Assembly (NCBI GenBank): GCA_964196025.1
Contig: CAXMRT010000098.1
Coordinates: 1-53,156 of the forward strand
DNA from: an uncultured Gemmatimonadales bacterium
GTDB lineage: Bacteria; Verrucomicrobiota; Kiritimatiellia; CAXMRT01
DNA length: 53,156 nucleotides
Direction: 5' to 3'
Positions 9,750-19,237 of the stretch are shown piece after piece (within the stretch, counting starts at the first letter, position 1; the number at the start of each line of letters is the position of its first letter). The position numbers and the translations under genes were made by a program. The notes under the pieces are model-generated. The model saw only the letters and a program-made list of their open reading frames with translations. It had not been told where the DNA came from and did no database searches.

Positions 9750-11120
9750 ATGAGCGCTCCCTCTACACATCCTCAGCTAAGCCGTCGCGCGATGATGATG
9801 CAAACCGCGCTAGGGATCGGTGCTGCAAGTGTGGGCGGTCTCTCGCTGGCGGATCAACTGGCGAACCCCTTGGCTCCGCGACTGCCGCATCACATGGCGC
9901 GTGCGAAACGGGTGATCATGCTGTTTCAAACAGGTGGCGTGTCGCACATGGACAGCTTTGACCCAAAGCCGGCACTAAAAAAGATGCACGGAAAACCCAT
10001 GCCGGGCCGTAAAGACAAGACCTGCTTTGGTGGTTACTGGGATGCGGCCGCACGCGGTCAGTCAGGCATTGAAACGACCTCTCTGTTTCCTAAATTGAAT
10101 GGGGTGATAGATGATCTCTGCATCATCCGCTCGATGCATGGCGATCAAGGTGATCACTTCGCTGGCACGCTGCATATGCACAGCGGCTCCAATGGCTCGC
10201 TCATGCCGGGTCTAGGCGCCTGGATTAGCTATGGCTTAGGGACGGCAAATGCCAACCTGCCCTCGCACATGGTTTTTTGCAATCGCGTGCCGTATGCCGG
10301 TGCGCAAAGCTGGAGCTCTAACTTCCTCCCTGCCATTCATCAGGGTGTGCGATTGGAACCGGATGCGGAGCTGCTCCCTAACTTGAACCCCAGGGAGCGC
10401 GATGCGGCCTTACGCGCCATTGAGCTCAATCTGGTCACCAAAATGAACGATGATTTTGCACGCGCCCACAAAGACAACTCGGATCTAAGCGCCCGCACCG
10501 CCTCCTTCCAAACTGCCACCCGCATGCAAGACCTGGCCCCCGATCTCTTTAGCTACGACGGGGAAAGTGATGCGACCTTAAAGCTCTATGGCCTACACCG
10601 CGACAAGGCGCGACCCTACGCCTGGCAGTGCTTGATGGCGCGCCGAATGTCGGAAGCGGGCGTCCGCTTTATTGAAATTGTGGATACGGGTGCGAATGAC
10701 AATTGGGATCAACATAGCGACCTCAAGAAGCATGAGAAACTCGCGCGCAATATTGATCAAGGAGCCGCCGCCTTAATTACCGACCTCAAGCAACGTGGCT
10801 TGCTAGAGGACACCTTAGTGATTTGGGCCACGGAGTTTGGTCGCACGCCTTGGTTGGATCAGTTCGAAGGTCGCGGCCACTACGCCCATGCCTTCACCTG
10901 CTGGCTGGCTGGCGGTGGGGTTCAGGGTGGAACCGCCTACGGCGCGACGGATGAGTTTGGCGCGACGATCGTCGATAAGCCCATGCATGTTCACGATTTC
11001 CACGCGACTATTTTACATTCCTTGGGGCTGGACCATAAGAAGCTAACCTTCCGCCACGCGGGCCGCGACTTTCGCCTCACGGATGTCGCAGGCAACGTAG
11101 CGAAAGGAGTCTTCTCATGA
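9750..11120 (+). CDS. DUF1501 domain protein (sulfatase-like fold, Tat signal)
   Basis: 456-aa ORF. It has a twin-arginine leader (SRRAMMMQTALGIGAAS) and motifs typical of PVC DUF1501 proteins (GGVSHMDSFDPKP, WDQH, EFGRTP). The stop overlaps the next start (ATGA). Confidence 0.85.
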   Translation: MSAPSTHPQLSRRAMMMQTALGIGAASVGGLSLADQLANPLAPRLPHHMARAKRVIMLFQTGGVSHMDSFDPKPALKKMHGKPMPGRKDKTCFGGYWDAAARGQSGIETTSLFPKLNGVIDDLCIIRSMHGDQGDHFAGTLHMHSGSNGSLMPGLGAWISYGLGTANANLPSHMVFCNRVPYAGAQSWSSNFLPAIHQGVRLEPDAELLPNLNPRERDAALRAIELNLVTKMNDDFARAHKDNSDLSARTASFQTATRMQDLAPDLFSYDGESDATLKLYGLHRDKARPYAWQCLMARRMSEAGVRFIEIVDTGANDNWDQHSDLKKHEKLARNIDQGAAALITDLKQRGLLEDTLVIWATEFGRTPWLDQFEGRGHYAHAFTCWLAGGGVQGGTAYGATDEFGATIVDKPMHVHDFHATILHSLGLDHKKLTFRHAGRDFRLTDVAGNVAKGVFS

Positions 11121-13606
11121 GGCTCTCCTCTTGGATCGCACCTCTTCTCTTGGTAAGCAGTGTCTCGCTCATGCACGCCGCAGATGCGCCCCTCTCGGCC
11201 GCCCACGAAGAATTTTTTGAGTCTAAGATCCGTCCTATCCTTGTTGAGCATTGCTTCAAGTGCCACGGCGGGAAATCGGTCAAGAAGGGCTTGAAGCTGA
11301 ACTCGCTAGCCTCACTGATGAAAGGCGGCGACAGTGGACCCGCCTTGGACAAGGATGACCCGCACCGCAGCCTTATCTTGCAAGCCATGATGCGCACCGA
11401 GGATGGGACGGATGCCATGCCTCCAAAAGATCCCCTCCCCAAACACATCGTCGATGATTTCAAAAAATGGGTAGACATGGGTGCGCCGTGGCCGAATATG
11501 GATCGTGACTTAAACGCCAAGAGCACGCTGAAGCCCAGTCCATGGTCTTTCACACCGCCTGTCCGCCACGATCCACCTACGGTAAAAATGACCGGCTGGG
11601 GCCGAACTCCTATTGATGCCTTTGTATTGAAACGCCAAGAAGAGGCGGGACTCGGCCCTCAAAAGAAAGCCGACCGGCGCAGCCTCATTCGTCGTGCAAC
11701 GCTAGATTTATGGGGACTACCACCGACTCCGGATGCGGTACGCGACTTTGTTAAGGATGAGTCTCCTGATGCGTGGCCGGTCCTCATTGATCGATTACTT
11801 AATGATCCCGCCTATGGTCAACGTTGGGGACGCTATTGGTTAGATGTGGCACGTTATGCGGATACTTCTGGCGACGGCACAGACATGCCTATTCCTGAGG
11901 CGGCCTTTTATCGCGACTATGTCATTCAGGCTTTTAATGATGATTTTCCCTACGACGAGTTTTTGCGCGAACAAATCGCGGGCGATCGTTTGTTTCTCGA
12001 CGACCCCAAGACCCGGCCGCGCGAACGTTTGATTGCCACGACCTTTGTTGGTTTGTCGCGTCGCTACGGTGTGGGCGTGGTGAAGCAGCGTCCGCTGGTC
12101 ATCGACAACACCCTCGAGACTATTAGCAAGTCGATGCTCGGCCTCGGCCTCCAATGCGCGCGTTGCCATGATCACAAGTTTGATCCCATTTCAATTGATG
12201 ATTACTACTCCTTCTATGGCTACTTCGACAACACGCGTTATCCACATCCGGGAAGTGAGAAGGGGAAAACCAAGTTTAATATGCTGCCTCTCGTTGATTC
12301 GGCAGAAGACTTCAGGACCTATCGTAAATTCGCAGCCGAGCAGTTAAGCCTCAGCGAACAACTTGATGATCTTGGAAAGAAGGGCAAGCGACCGATTCAG
12401 CTAATAAAAAAAATGAAGACCTTAGAAAAAGAGTTGAAGGTCTTGAACAAACAAACGCCAATCAACACCGCCGCTCTACAAAAGAAGAAACAGGCGATTG
12501 TTAAAACCCGCACCCTTCTCAAGGACGCGACCGCGCTCAGGGACCACTATGACACCGTAAAAAAGACGCTCCAAAAAACGCCGCATGCGTATGGTGTCGC
12601 GGATACGCTCTCAGACACTAAAGATTCACCGCTTTTTATTGGGGGGGATTCAAAAAAATGGGGTCCCCGTATTCAACGTGCGTTTATCGGTGAACTTGAC
12701 TCTAGTAAACCCATTATTCCAGAGGGACAGAGCGGTCGACTGCAGCTCGCTAATTGGATCGCCTCAGCAGACAACCCTTTAACTGCACGCGTCATGGTCA
12801 ACCGGATCTGGCAGCATCATTTTGGTACCGGTATCGTTCGCACACCTAATGTGTTTGGTAATCAGGGCACACCCCCTAGCCATCCTCAGTTATTGGACTG
12901 GTTGGCGACAGAGTTTGTTGCTCAGAAATGGTCTATCAAATCGATGCACCGCATCATCATGCGCTCCTCCACTTATCAGCTCAGTAACCATGCCTCAGAG
13001 CAGAAGTTGAACGTGGATCCCGACAATCGCCTCTTATGGCGCTATTCAACGCAGCGGCTGGATGCGGAGGCTATTCGTGATTCTATTTTGGCCGTCAGTG
13101 GCCGCCTTAATTACGCCGACCCGGTGCCCCATCCCTTTCCTAAAGATGCGCCCTCCTCTTATACCCAGCATCACCCATTTACGGATAACTACGATCATCA
13201 AGGCCGCAGCGTGTATCTTCTGACACGGCGCTTGGGAACGCACCCCTTCCTGGCCTTGTTCGATCCGCCCGACACCAACAACTCAACGGGGCGCAGAGGC
13301 TCCTCTACGGTCCCACAACAGGCTCTATTCGCCATGAATAGTGAGTTTATGAGTAAGAGCGCCCATGCCTTCGCTGGACGCGTCACACGCTCCACAGAGG
13401 ATCGAGCGAGCCGGATCGCGTTTGCCTATCAATTGGCCTTCCAGCGTGATGCTAGCCCTGATGAGGAGGCTCAGGTGGGACTCTACCTCGATCGCTATCA
13501 GGAACAGCTCACCCCCGGCACGAGCAATCCGCAAGGTCTGCGTCAGGCGTGGACGAGTGTCTCGCGGGCTATTCTGGGTAGCAGCGAGTTTATCTACCTT
13601 AACTAG
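11117..13606 (+). CDS. PSCyt/DUF1549/DUF1553 (PSD1-type) protein
   Basis: 829-aa ORF with a signal peptide. It has an N-terminal CxxCH-like motif (CFKCHG), the hallmark CARCHDHKFDP motif, and C-terminal DUF1553-like sequence. AAGGAG lies upstream of the start. Confidence 0.85.
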   Translation: MRLSSWIAPLLLVSSVSLMHAADAPLSAAHEEFFESKIRPILVEHCFKCHGGKSVKKGLKLNSLASLMKGGDSGPALDKDDPHRSLILQAMMRTEDGTDAMPPKDPLPKHIVDDFKKWVDMGAPWPNMDRDLNAKSTLKPSPWSFTPPVRHDPPTVKMTGWGRTPIDAFVLKRQEEAGLGPQKKADRRSLIRRATLDLWGLPPTPDAVRDFVKDESPDAWPVLIDRLLNDPAYGQRWGRYWLDVARYADTSGDGTDMPIPEAAFYRDYVIQAFNDDFPYDEFLREQIAGDRLFLDDPKTRPRERLIATTFVGLSRRYGVGVVKQRPLVIDNTLETISKSMLGLGLQCARCHDHKFDPISIDDYYSFYGYFDNTRYPHPGSEKGKTKFNMLPLVDSAEDFRTYRKFAAEQLSLSEQLDDLGKKGKRPIQLIKKMKTLEKELKVLNKQTPINTAALQKKKQAIVKTRTLLKDATALRDHYDTVKKTLQKTPHAYGVADTLSDTKDSPLFIGGDSKKWGPRIQRAFIGELDSSKPIIPEGQSGRLQLANWIASADNPLTARVMVNRIWQHHFGTGIVRTPNVFGNQGTPPSHPQLLDWLATEFVAQKWSIKSMHRIIMRSSTYQLSNHASEQKLNVDPDNRLLWRYSTQRLDAEAIRDSILAVSGRLNYADPVPHPFPKDAPSSYTQHHPFTDNYDHQGRSVYLLTRRLGTHPFLALFDPPDTNNSTGRRGSSTVPQQALFAMNSEFMSKSAHAFAGRVTRSTEDRASRIAFAYQLAFQRDASPDEEAQVGLYLDRYQEQLTPGTSNPQGLRQAWTSVSRAILGSSEFIYLN

Positions 13607-13961
13607 CTGGGGCGTTGTCGCTTACTTTATCGATCATAGCGAGTGGTGTTTCGATTTCATTGCCGGCGCCCAAGACAGCCGGGTCATCAAAATTACGTAT
13701 GTACAGCGCAGCTAACTTTCCACTCAGCGCTAACAGTTCGCTACTGTAATCTAGGTACCTACTCAATTCAAAGGCACTCATGCTTTCCTTTGGTGATGAG
13801 GTAGTTTCTGTTCCACGAGAGAGAAGTCGTTCAGGGTCTTTCGTCAACTGATGCATATCAATCACGTGTGCGATCGATCGCAGGACATTAAGAGCGTCCA
13901 AGGCTCGGGATCGTTTAACCCGGTTCTCTGTACTCACAAGAAAGTAAGACGCTGCTCCTAG
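13599..13961 (-). pseudogene. 5'- and 3'-truncated paralog of the 2-TM protein gene at 24531-25277
   Basis: The 112-aa ORF (GTG 13937) is ~85% identical in protein to residues ~125-215 of the full-length gene. In-frame homology (LGAASYFLV versus LGAAAYFLV) continues upstream of the GTG to ~13961 and then stops. The last 16 aa are unrelated and overlap the convergent gene end. Confidence 0.6.
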
Positions 13962-13994
13962 CGGGCACCCCGCTCGGGCGGGGACCTTTTAACC

Positions 13995-14053
13995 AACAGG
14001 TGTGTCCCCTTTTGGGTAGGGGGGTTTTTATGCCGCGGTATCGCGCGGCATCC
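13995..14053 (+). repeat. Intergenic repeat R1, copy 1 (partly rearranged)
   Basis: AACAGGTGTGTCCCC..TTTGGGTAGGGGGG..ATGCCGCG-GTATCG-CGCGGCAT-CC. This aligns with 34831-34903 and, in reverse complement, with 25296-25382 and 45281-45350. Confidence 0.65.
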
Positions 14054-14066
14054 TTCTTCAGTCCAC

Positions 14067-14097
14067 AAAAAAAGGGCAGGCTCCGAAGAACCTGCCC
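14067..14097 (-). terminator. Rho-independent terminator of ppdK
   Basis: On the minus strand, the stem GGGCAGG / CCTGCCC with a 10-nt loop is followed by a T7 run. It lies 23 nt after the ppdK stop. Confidence 0.75.
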
Positions 14098-14119
14098 TTC
14101 AAACAATTGTTTCGATCGC

Positions 14120-16882
14120 TTAGCCTTCGATCGCTGCCTGAGCAGCGGCGAGGCGCGCGATTGGGACTCGGTAAGGTGAGCAACTCACGTAGTTGAGTCC
14201 GGTGCGATAACAGAACTTCACGCTTTCCGGATCTCCGCCATGTTCGCCACAGATACCGCACTTGAGGTTCTTGCGAGTGCTACGGCCTTTAGCCACGCCC
14301 ATTTCGACGAGTTGACCCACGCCAGTTTGGTCAAGCGACTCAAACGGATCGTGATCCAGAACTTTCTTGTCGAGATAGTCCGGAAGAAAACCGCCGATGT
14401 CATCGCGGCTGTAACCGAATGTCATTTGCGTTAGGTCGTTGGTACCGAAGCTGAAGAATTCCGCCGTTTCAGCAACAGCGTCAGCCGTCAGTGCCGCACG
14501 TGGAATTTCGATCATGGTACCGACCATGTACTTCACTTTGATGCCCTTGGCCTTGATCGTTTCTTTCGCGATCTTGTGCACGATCTCTGCGAGGAAGTCG
14601 AGCTCAGCCTTGGTTCCGATCAATGGGATCATGATCTCTGGAAGAACTTTGATGCCCTTCTTCGTCTGGTTACAGGCGGCTTCGATAATCGCCTTGGTCT
14701 GCATCACGCAGAGTTCCGGGTAGGTGATCGACAAACGGCAACCGCGATGACCCAGCATTGGGTTGAACTCGTGCAACTGCTGGACGCGCTGTGCAACTGC
14801 GCTCTTCGTGGTCTTCATGCGCTTCGCCATTTCCGCTTGTCCGGCCGCATCGTTCGGCATGAACTCATGCAGCGGCGGATCGAGCAAACGAACCGTCACT
14901 GGCAAGCCGTTCATTTCCTTGAAGATACCTTCAAAGTCGCGACGTTGGTAAGGCAACAATTTCTTGAGTGCTTTGGCACGGCCCTTGTCGTCCGTTGCGA
15001 GGATGAACTCGCGGATCGCCCAGATGCGGTCGCCTTCGAAGAACATGTGCTCAGTACGTGTCAGACCGATGCCTTCAGCACCGAAGTTGCGAGCAGCCTT
15101 AGAATCGGCCGGTGTATCCGCATTGGTGCGAACACCCATCTTGCGGTACTGGTCGGACCACTCGGAGACCGTGTTATACATCTTGTAGATCGGATCCTTC
15201 AACGCCTTCTTGTTGCGCTGAACAACCGCAGCCACCACTGGGCTTGACTGACTTGGGATCTGGCCGTGGTACACCATACCGGTCGACCCGTTCAAGCTTA
15301 GCCAGTCACCCGCCTTCAGTTTGGTTTTGCCGATCGTCACGGTCTTCTTTTTGTAGTCGATGACGAGAGAGCCTGCGCCGCAAATACAGCACTTGCCCCA
15401 CCCGCGTGCTACAACAGCGGCGTGAGAGGTCATGCCGCCTGTACTGGTCAGGATGCCCTGCGCTGCCCACATACCGCCCACATCTTCTGGGCTGGTTTCG
15501 TGACGCACGAGGATCAGTTTGTCCTGCGGGTTCTTCTTGATCGCGGCTTCCGCTTCATCAGCAGTAAAGACGATCTTACCCACAGCGGCGCCCGGTCCAG
15601 CGGGTAGGCCCTTTGTGAAGCTCTTGGCTTTCTTTTCAGCCGCAGCATCGAAGATCGGGAAGAGCAACTGCTCGAGATCGGCACCGGATAGTGTCATCAG
15701 CGCAGCTTTAGGAGTCAACAGCTTCGGCAGCTTACGACCCGTGACCTGATCCTTGCCCGTGGCCATTTCAACGGCCCAGCGGATACCCGCGAGACCCACG
15801 CGCTTTGCGTTACGGGTCTGAAGCATCCACAGTTTGCCCTGTTGGATGGTGAACTCAACGTCCTGGGGGTATTTATAATGCTTTTCGAGGCGCGCCATGA
15901 TGTCCGCAAGGTCTTTGTAGGCCTTTTTCCAGCTGGCCAGCTTTTCCTTCTTCATGTCGTCCAGGTTTTTCGGGGTGCGGATACCCGCTACCACGTCTTC
16001 GCCCTGGGCATCAATGAGGTATTCGCCCATTGGCTTGGCTTCGCCGGTCGATCCATCACGCGTGAACGCCACACCCGTTCCAGAGTCAGCGCCCATGTTG
16101 CCGAAGACCATCGAACAAATGTTCACACCGGTACCCACTAGGCCACCGATCTTGTTGATCTGACGATACTTTTCAGCTCGATCAGAGCTCCACGAACCAA
16201 ATACGGCTTCTATGGAAAGCTCCAACTGCTTACGTGCGTCCTGTGGAAAAGGCTTCTTCACTTTCTTCAGGTAGACCTTCTTATAGGTATCAACAAGCCC
16301 CTTGAGCTGGTCGGCGGTAAGGTCGGTGTCTTCCTTAACCTTCGCTTTCTTCTTAAGCTTCTCGAGCTCAACTTCGAAGTCGTGATGGGTCAATCCGGAG
16401 CTTGGCCCCATGACCACGTCGCCGAACATGTCGATAAAGCGGCGGTAACTATCCCAACCCACGCGCTCGTTGCCCATCTCTTCGATGAGGCCCAGAACAG
16501 ACTTATCGTTCATACCGAGGTTCAACACGGTATCCATCATGCCAGGCATGGACACAGCAGCACCGGAACGGACCGAGACCAAAAGAGGGTCTTTTGCTGC
16601 ACCAAGCTTCTTTCCCATAAGCTTTTCTAGTTTTGAGAGCTGTTTCTCGACCTGCGCGGTCAATTCTTTCGGCGCGCGGTTTTTGTTAGCAATGTAGTCG
16701 CGACAGGCTTCGGTCGAAACCGTGAATCCTGGAGGAACAGGGATGTTCGCGTTAGCCATCTCTGCTAGGTTAGCACCTTTGCCACCGATGATTAGTTTCA
16801 TCGAGGCATCACCTTCGGTGTGTTTTTTGCCGAAGCCGTAGAAGTATACGTATTTTTTTGTCGTCTTTTTCATATCACTCAA
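14120..16882 (-). CDS. ppdK: Pyruvate, phosphate dikinase
   Basis: 920-aa ORF with the phosphohistidine motif GGMTSHAAVVARG, a PEP-utilizer C-terminal domain (FFSFGTNDLTQ, GICGEHGGDP) and an N-terminal ATP-grasp region. Confidence 0.95.
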   Translation of the reverse strand: MSDMKKTTKKYVYFYGFGKKHTEGDASMKLIIGGKGANLAEMANANIPVPPGFTVSTEACRDYIANKNRAPKELTAQVEKQLSKLEKLMGKKLGAAKDPLLVSVRSGAAVSMPGMMDTVLNLGMNDKSVLGLIEEMGNERVGWDSYRRFIDMFGDVVMGPSSGLTHHDFEVELEKLKKKAKVKEDTDLTADQLKGLVDTYKKVYLKKVKKPFPQDARKQLELSIEAVFGSWSSDRAEKYRQINKIGGLVGTGVNICSMVFGNMGADSGTGVAFTRDGSTGEAKPMGEYLIDAQGEDVVAGIRTPKNLDDMKKEKLASWKKAYKDLADIMARLEKHYKYPQDVEFTIQQGKLWMLQTRNAKRVGLAGIRWAVEMATGKDQVTGRKLPKLLTPKAALMTLSGADLEQLLFPIFDAAAEKKAKSFTKGLPAGPGAAVGKIVFTADEAEAAIKKNPQDKLILVRHETSPEDVGGMWAAQGILTSTGGMTSHAAVVARGWGKCCICGAGSLVIDYKKKTVTIGKTKLKAGDWLSLNGSTGMVYHGQIPSQSSPVVAAVVQRNKKALKDPIYKMYNTVSEWSDQYRKMGVRTNADTPADSKAARNFGAEGIGLTRTEHMFFEGDRIWAIREFILATDDKGRAKALKKLLPYQRRDFEGIFKEMNGLPVTVRLLDPPLHEFMPNDAAGQAEMAKRMKTTKSAVAQRVQQLHEFNPMLGHRGCRLSITYPELCVMQTKAIIEAACNQTKKGIKVLPEIMIPLIGTKAELDFLAEIVHKIAKETIKAKGIKVKYMVGTMIEIPRAALTADAVAETAEFFSFGTNDLTQMTFGYSRDDIGGFLPDYLDKKVLDHDPFESLDQTGVGQLVEMGVAKGRSTRKNLKCGICGEHGGDPESVKFCYRTGLNYVSCSPYRVPIARLAAAQAAIEG

Positions 16883-17027
16883 GATCTCTGTTTTTTTATT
16901 GGGTTAGACCGTTACCTATATATAATCTCATATTCCGCCCATGAGAGGGACGCCAACTATAGGTAGTTCGAATATTCGGGTCAACGGAAAAAACGGCTCT
17001 AATCCTCGTAGAATAAGAGATTTATGC

Positions 17028-18299
17028 ATGTCTAAGTTTATCATCAAAGGCGGTCGCGCACTCTCTGGCGACTATACACCGAGCGGTAATAAAAATGCGG
17101 CGCTCCCTATGCTCGCCTCTTGCGTGCTGACAGATCAGGACGTGGTGCTGCAAAACCTTCCCTTAATAGAAGACGTGCACGCCATGTTAGCCATTCTCGA
17201 AGACCTCGGTGTTTCGGTGAAACTCAGGGGTCACACCGTTACTTTGTGTGCGAAAGGATTGAGAAAGAGTCGACTCTCACAAGCGCTCTGTCGCAAAGTC
17301 CGCTCCTCCATCCTTTTCGCGGGTCCTTTAACGGCTCGGCTCGGGCGCGCAACCCTTTACCCGCCGGGTGGAGATGTGATCGGCCGCCGTCGCCTGGATA
17401 CTCACTTCGATGGCCTTCGCGCGCTCGGTATGCAGATTACCGGAACAAAACCCTTCGTTTTCCGATGTAAAAAGCTTCGTGCCACGTCACTCGTGCTGGA
17501 CGAAGCCAGTGTGACCGCGACTGAAAACATTATTATGGCTGCTGTATTAGCTCCTGGAACCACGACTCTGTATCACGCCGCGTGTGAGCCGCACGTCCAA
17601 GACCTCTGTCGCTTGCTAAACTCAATGGGCGCTGGCATCACTGGGATCGGCACCAACCTTCTCACGATCAAGGGCTGTGAAACACTGGGTGGAGCCCGTC
17701 ATCGGATCTCGTCCGACTATATTGAAATCGGCAGCATAATCTCGGCCGCTGCCGTCACCGGTGGATCGGTTCGCATCCACGATGTAAACCCTACTGATAT
17801 CCGCATCATTTCTCGCGGGTTCTCGAAGTTGGGTGTCAGTTGGTCATTGGAAGACACCGTTCTCACTGTGAGTGCCGGGCAGAAAATGCGCGTGCAAAAA
17901 GACTTTGGCTCGGCCATGCCGAAAGTCGAAGACGGCATCTGGCCGAGCTTTCCATCAGACTTGATGAGCGTCACTCTCGTTCTCGCTACTCAAACCGTCG
18001 GAACGGTGCTTTTCTTCGAAAAACTCTTTGAAAGTCGCATGTTTTTCGTCGATCGCCTGATCGAAATGGGCGCGCAAATCGTTCAATGTGACCCGCACCG
18101 AGTCGTTATCGTCGGCCCATCAAAGCTCCAAGGTACCCATCTCGCAAGTCCAGATATTCGTGCGGGCATGGCCCTGTTAATAGCTGCATTGTGCGCCAAG
18201 GGCGAGAGTGTGATTGACCACGCAGAGATTATTGATCGTGGTTATGAACAGATCGAAAAGAAGTTACGCAAGCTAGGGGCAGACATCGTTCGGCGCTAA
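17028..18299 (+). CDS. murA: UDP-N-acetylglucosamine 1-carboxyvinyltransferase
   Basis: Homology begins at MSKFIIKGGRALSG...GNKNAALP (ATG 17028). EPSP-synthase-fold motifs run throughout. The active-site loop reads PPGGDVIGRR, with Asp where E. coli has Cys115. Confidence 0.9.
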   Translation: MSKFIIKGGRALSGDYTPSGNKNAALPMLASCVLTDQDVVLQNLPLIEDVHAMLAILEDLGVSVKLRGHTVTLCAKGLRKSRLSQALCRKVRSSILFAGPLTARLGRATLYPPGGDVIGRRRLDTHFDGLRALGMQITGTKPFVFRCKKLRATSLVLDEASVTATENIIMAAVLAPGTTTLYHAACEPHVQDLCRLLNSMGAGITGIGTNLLTIKGCETLGGARHRISSDYIEIGSIISAAAVTGGSVRIHDVNPTDIRIISRGFSKLGVSWSLEDTVLTVSAGQKMRVQKDFGSAMPKVEDGIWPSFPSDLMSVTLVLATQTVGTVLFFEKLFESRMFFVDRLIEMGAQIVQCDPHRVVIVGPSKLQGTHLASPDIRAGMALLIAALCAKGESVIDHAEIIDRGYEQIEKKLRKLGADIVRR

Positions 18300-18308
18300 G
18301 CCGGATGG

Positions 18309-19097
18309 TCACTCAGCGTCGCGGCGGGCGTCTGGCTTTCCGCCTCTGCGCCGGTCACTATGATCGCGCGTGGACTCGCCCTGACTCCCAAAGGATGAGC
18401 GGTCGCCACGACGAAACCCGCCGACCGGTGCCTGTTTGCGCTCGGTCGCTGAATCGCCGCTCTGTCCACCCTCACGGGATCCCATGTGCTTCCGACGCTC
18501 TTTCATTCGCTTGCCGACGAACTCTCGGATGCCTTTCCGTTCCTCATCGCTCAGGCTATTACGGATCGTATAGAGTTGTTTAATGCGTAATTTGGCCATC
18601 TCGGTATGAATACGTCCTGCGTCTTCAACGAGTGCTAGCATCTGCTCTTCGGTCGTGGACGAGTTACGCATCGCTTCCAATTGGTGCAAACCGACCTCTC
18701 GCATTTTCTCGCTCTGTTCTTTCATCGCGTGATGATAGCGCTCGAATTTTTGTTTGATTTCCGCGACCTTCTCTTTCGATAAACCGACTTCTTCCGCCAT
18801 ACGGGGGTTGTTCACCAACATTCCGAGCATCCGCGCATCATGATCCCCATCCATCTTTCCACCAGGACCCTTGCTGCTCGGCTTGTCGCGTCCCGGCCGC
18901 TTATGAGTCGACTCGTCGCCCTGGCCTCGTTCGCCTGAGGATTTGCTGTGACGCTCCTTCATCTGGTGTTTACGCTCCGCCATCTCTTTGCGCTCTGACT
19001 CTGAAAAACGAGGTCGGTCGCCATCGGTTTCAGCCTGGGTCATACCCACGATGCCGCCAAATGCTGCTACCGCGATCACTAGTTGAATGCGTTTCAT
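18309..19097 (-). CDS. Secreted, highly charged coiled-coil protein (possibly Spy/CpxP-like periplasmic protein)
   Basis: Signal peptide MKRIQLVIAVAAFGGIVGMTQA from ATG 19097. The rest is rich in K/R/E/D with helical heptad-like stretches. The family assignment is tentative. Confidence 0.55.
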   Translation of the reverse strand: MKRIQLVIAVAAFGGIVGMTQAETDGDRPRFSESERKEMAERKHQMKERHSKSSGERGQGDESTHKRPGRDKPSSKGPGGKMDGDHDARMLGMLVNNPRMAEEVGLSKEKVAEIKQKFERYHHAMKEQSEKMREVGLHQLEAMRNSSTTEEQMLALVEDAGRIHTEMAKLRIKQLYTIRNSLSDEERKGIREFVGKRMKERRKHMGSREGGQSGDSATERKQAPVGGFRRGDRSSFGSQGESTRDHSDRRRGGKPDARRDAE

Positions 19098-19237
19098 AGT
19101 CCTTGTTCCTATAAGGTTAAAGCCCGATCTATCCATAAGAACGCGCGAACCACCTTGTTTATTGTAGATTAGATGCGTTTTTTCGAAAAACGGATAATAG
19201 CCTTACCGCCCTTCGCCTCTCCCCTACCCTTTTTTCT

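Noticed and set aside
14576-15247. 223-aa ORF antisense to ppdK, plus several shorter ones between 14218 and 16697
   Set aside because: These are shadow ORFs inside a 920-aa gene with unambiguous PpdK motifs.
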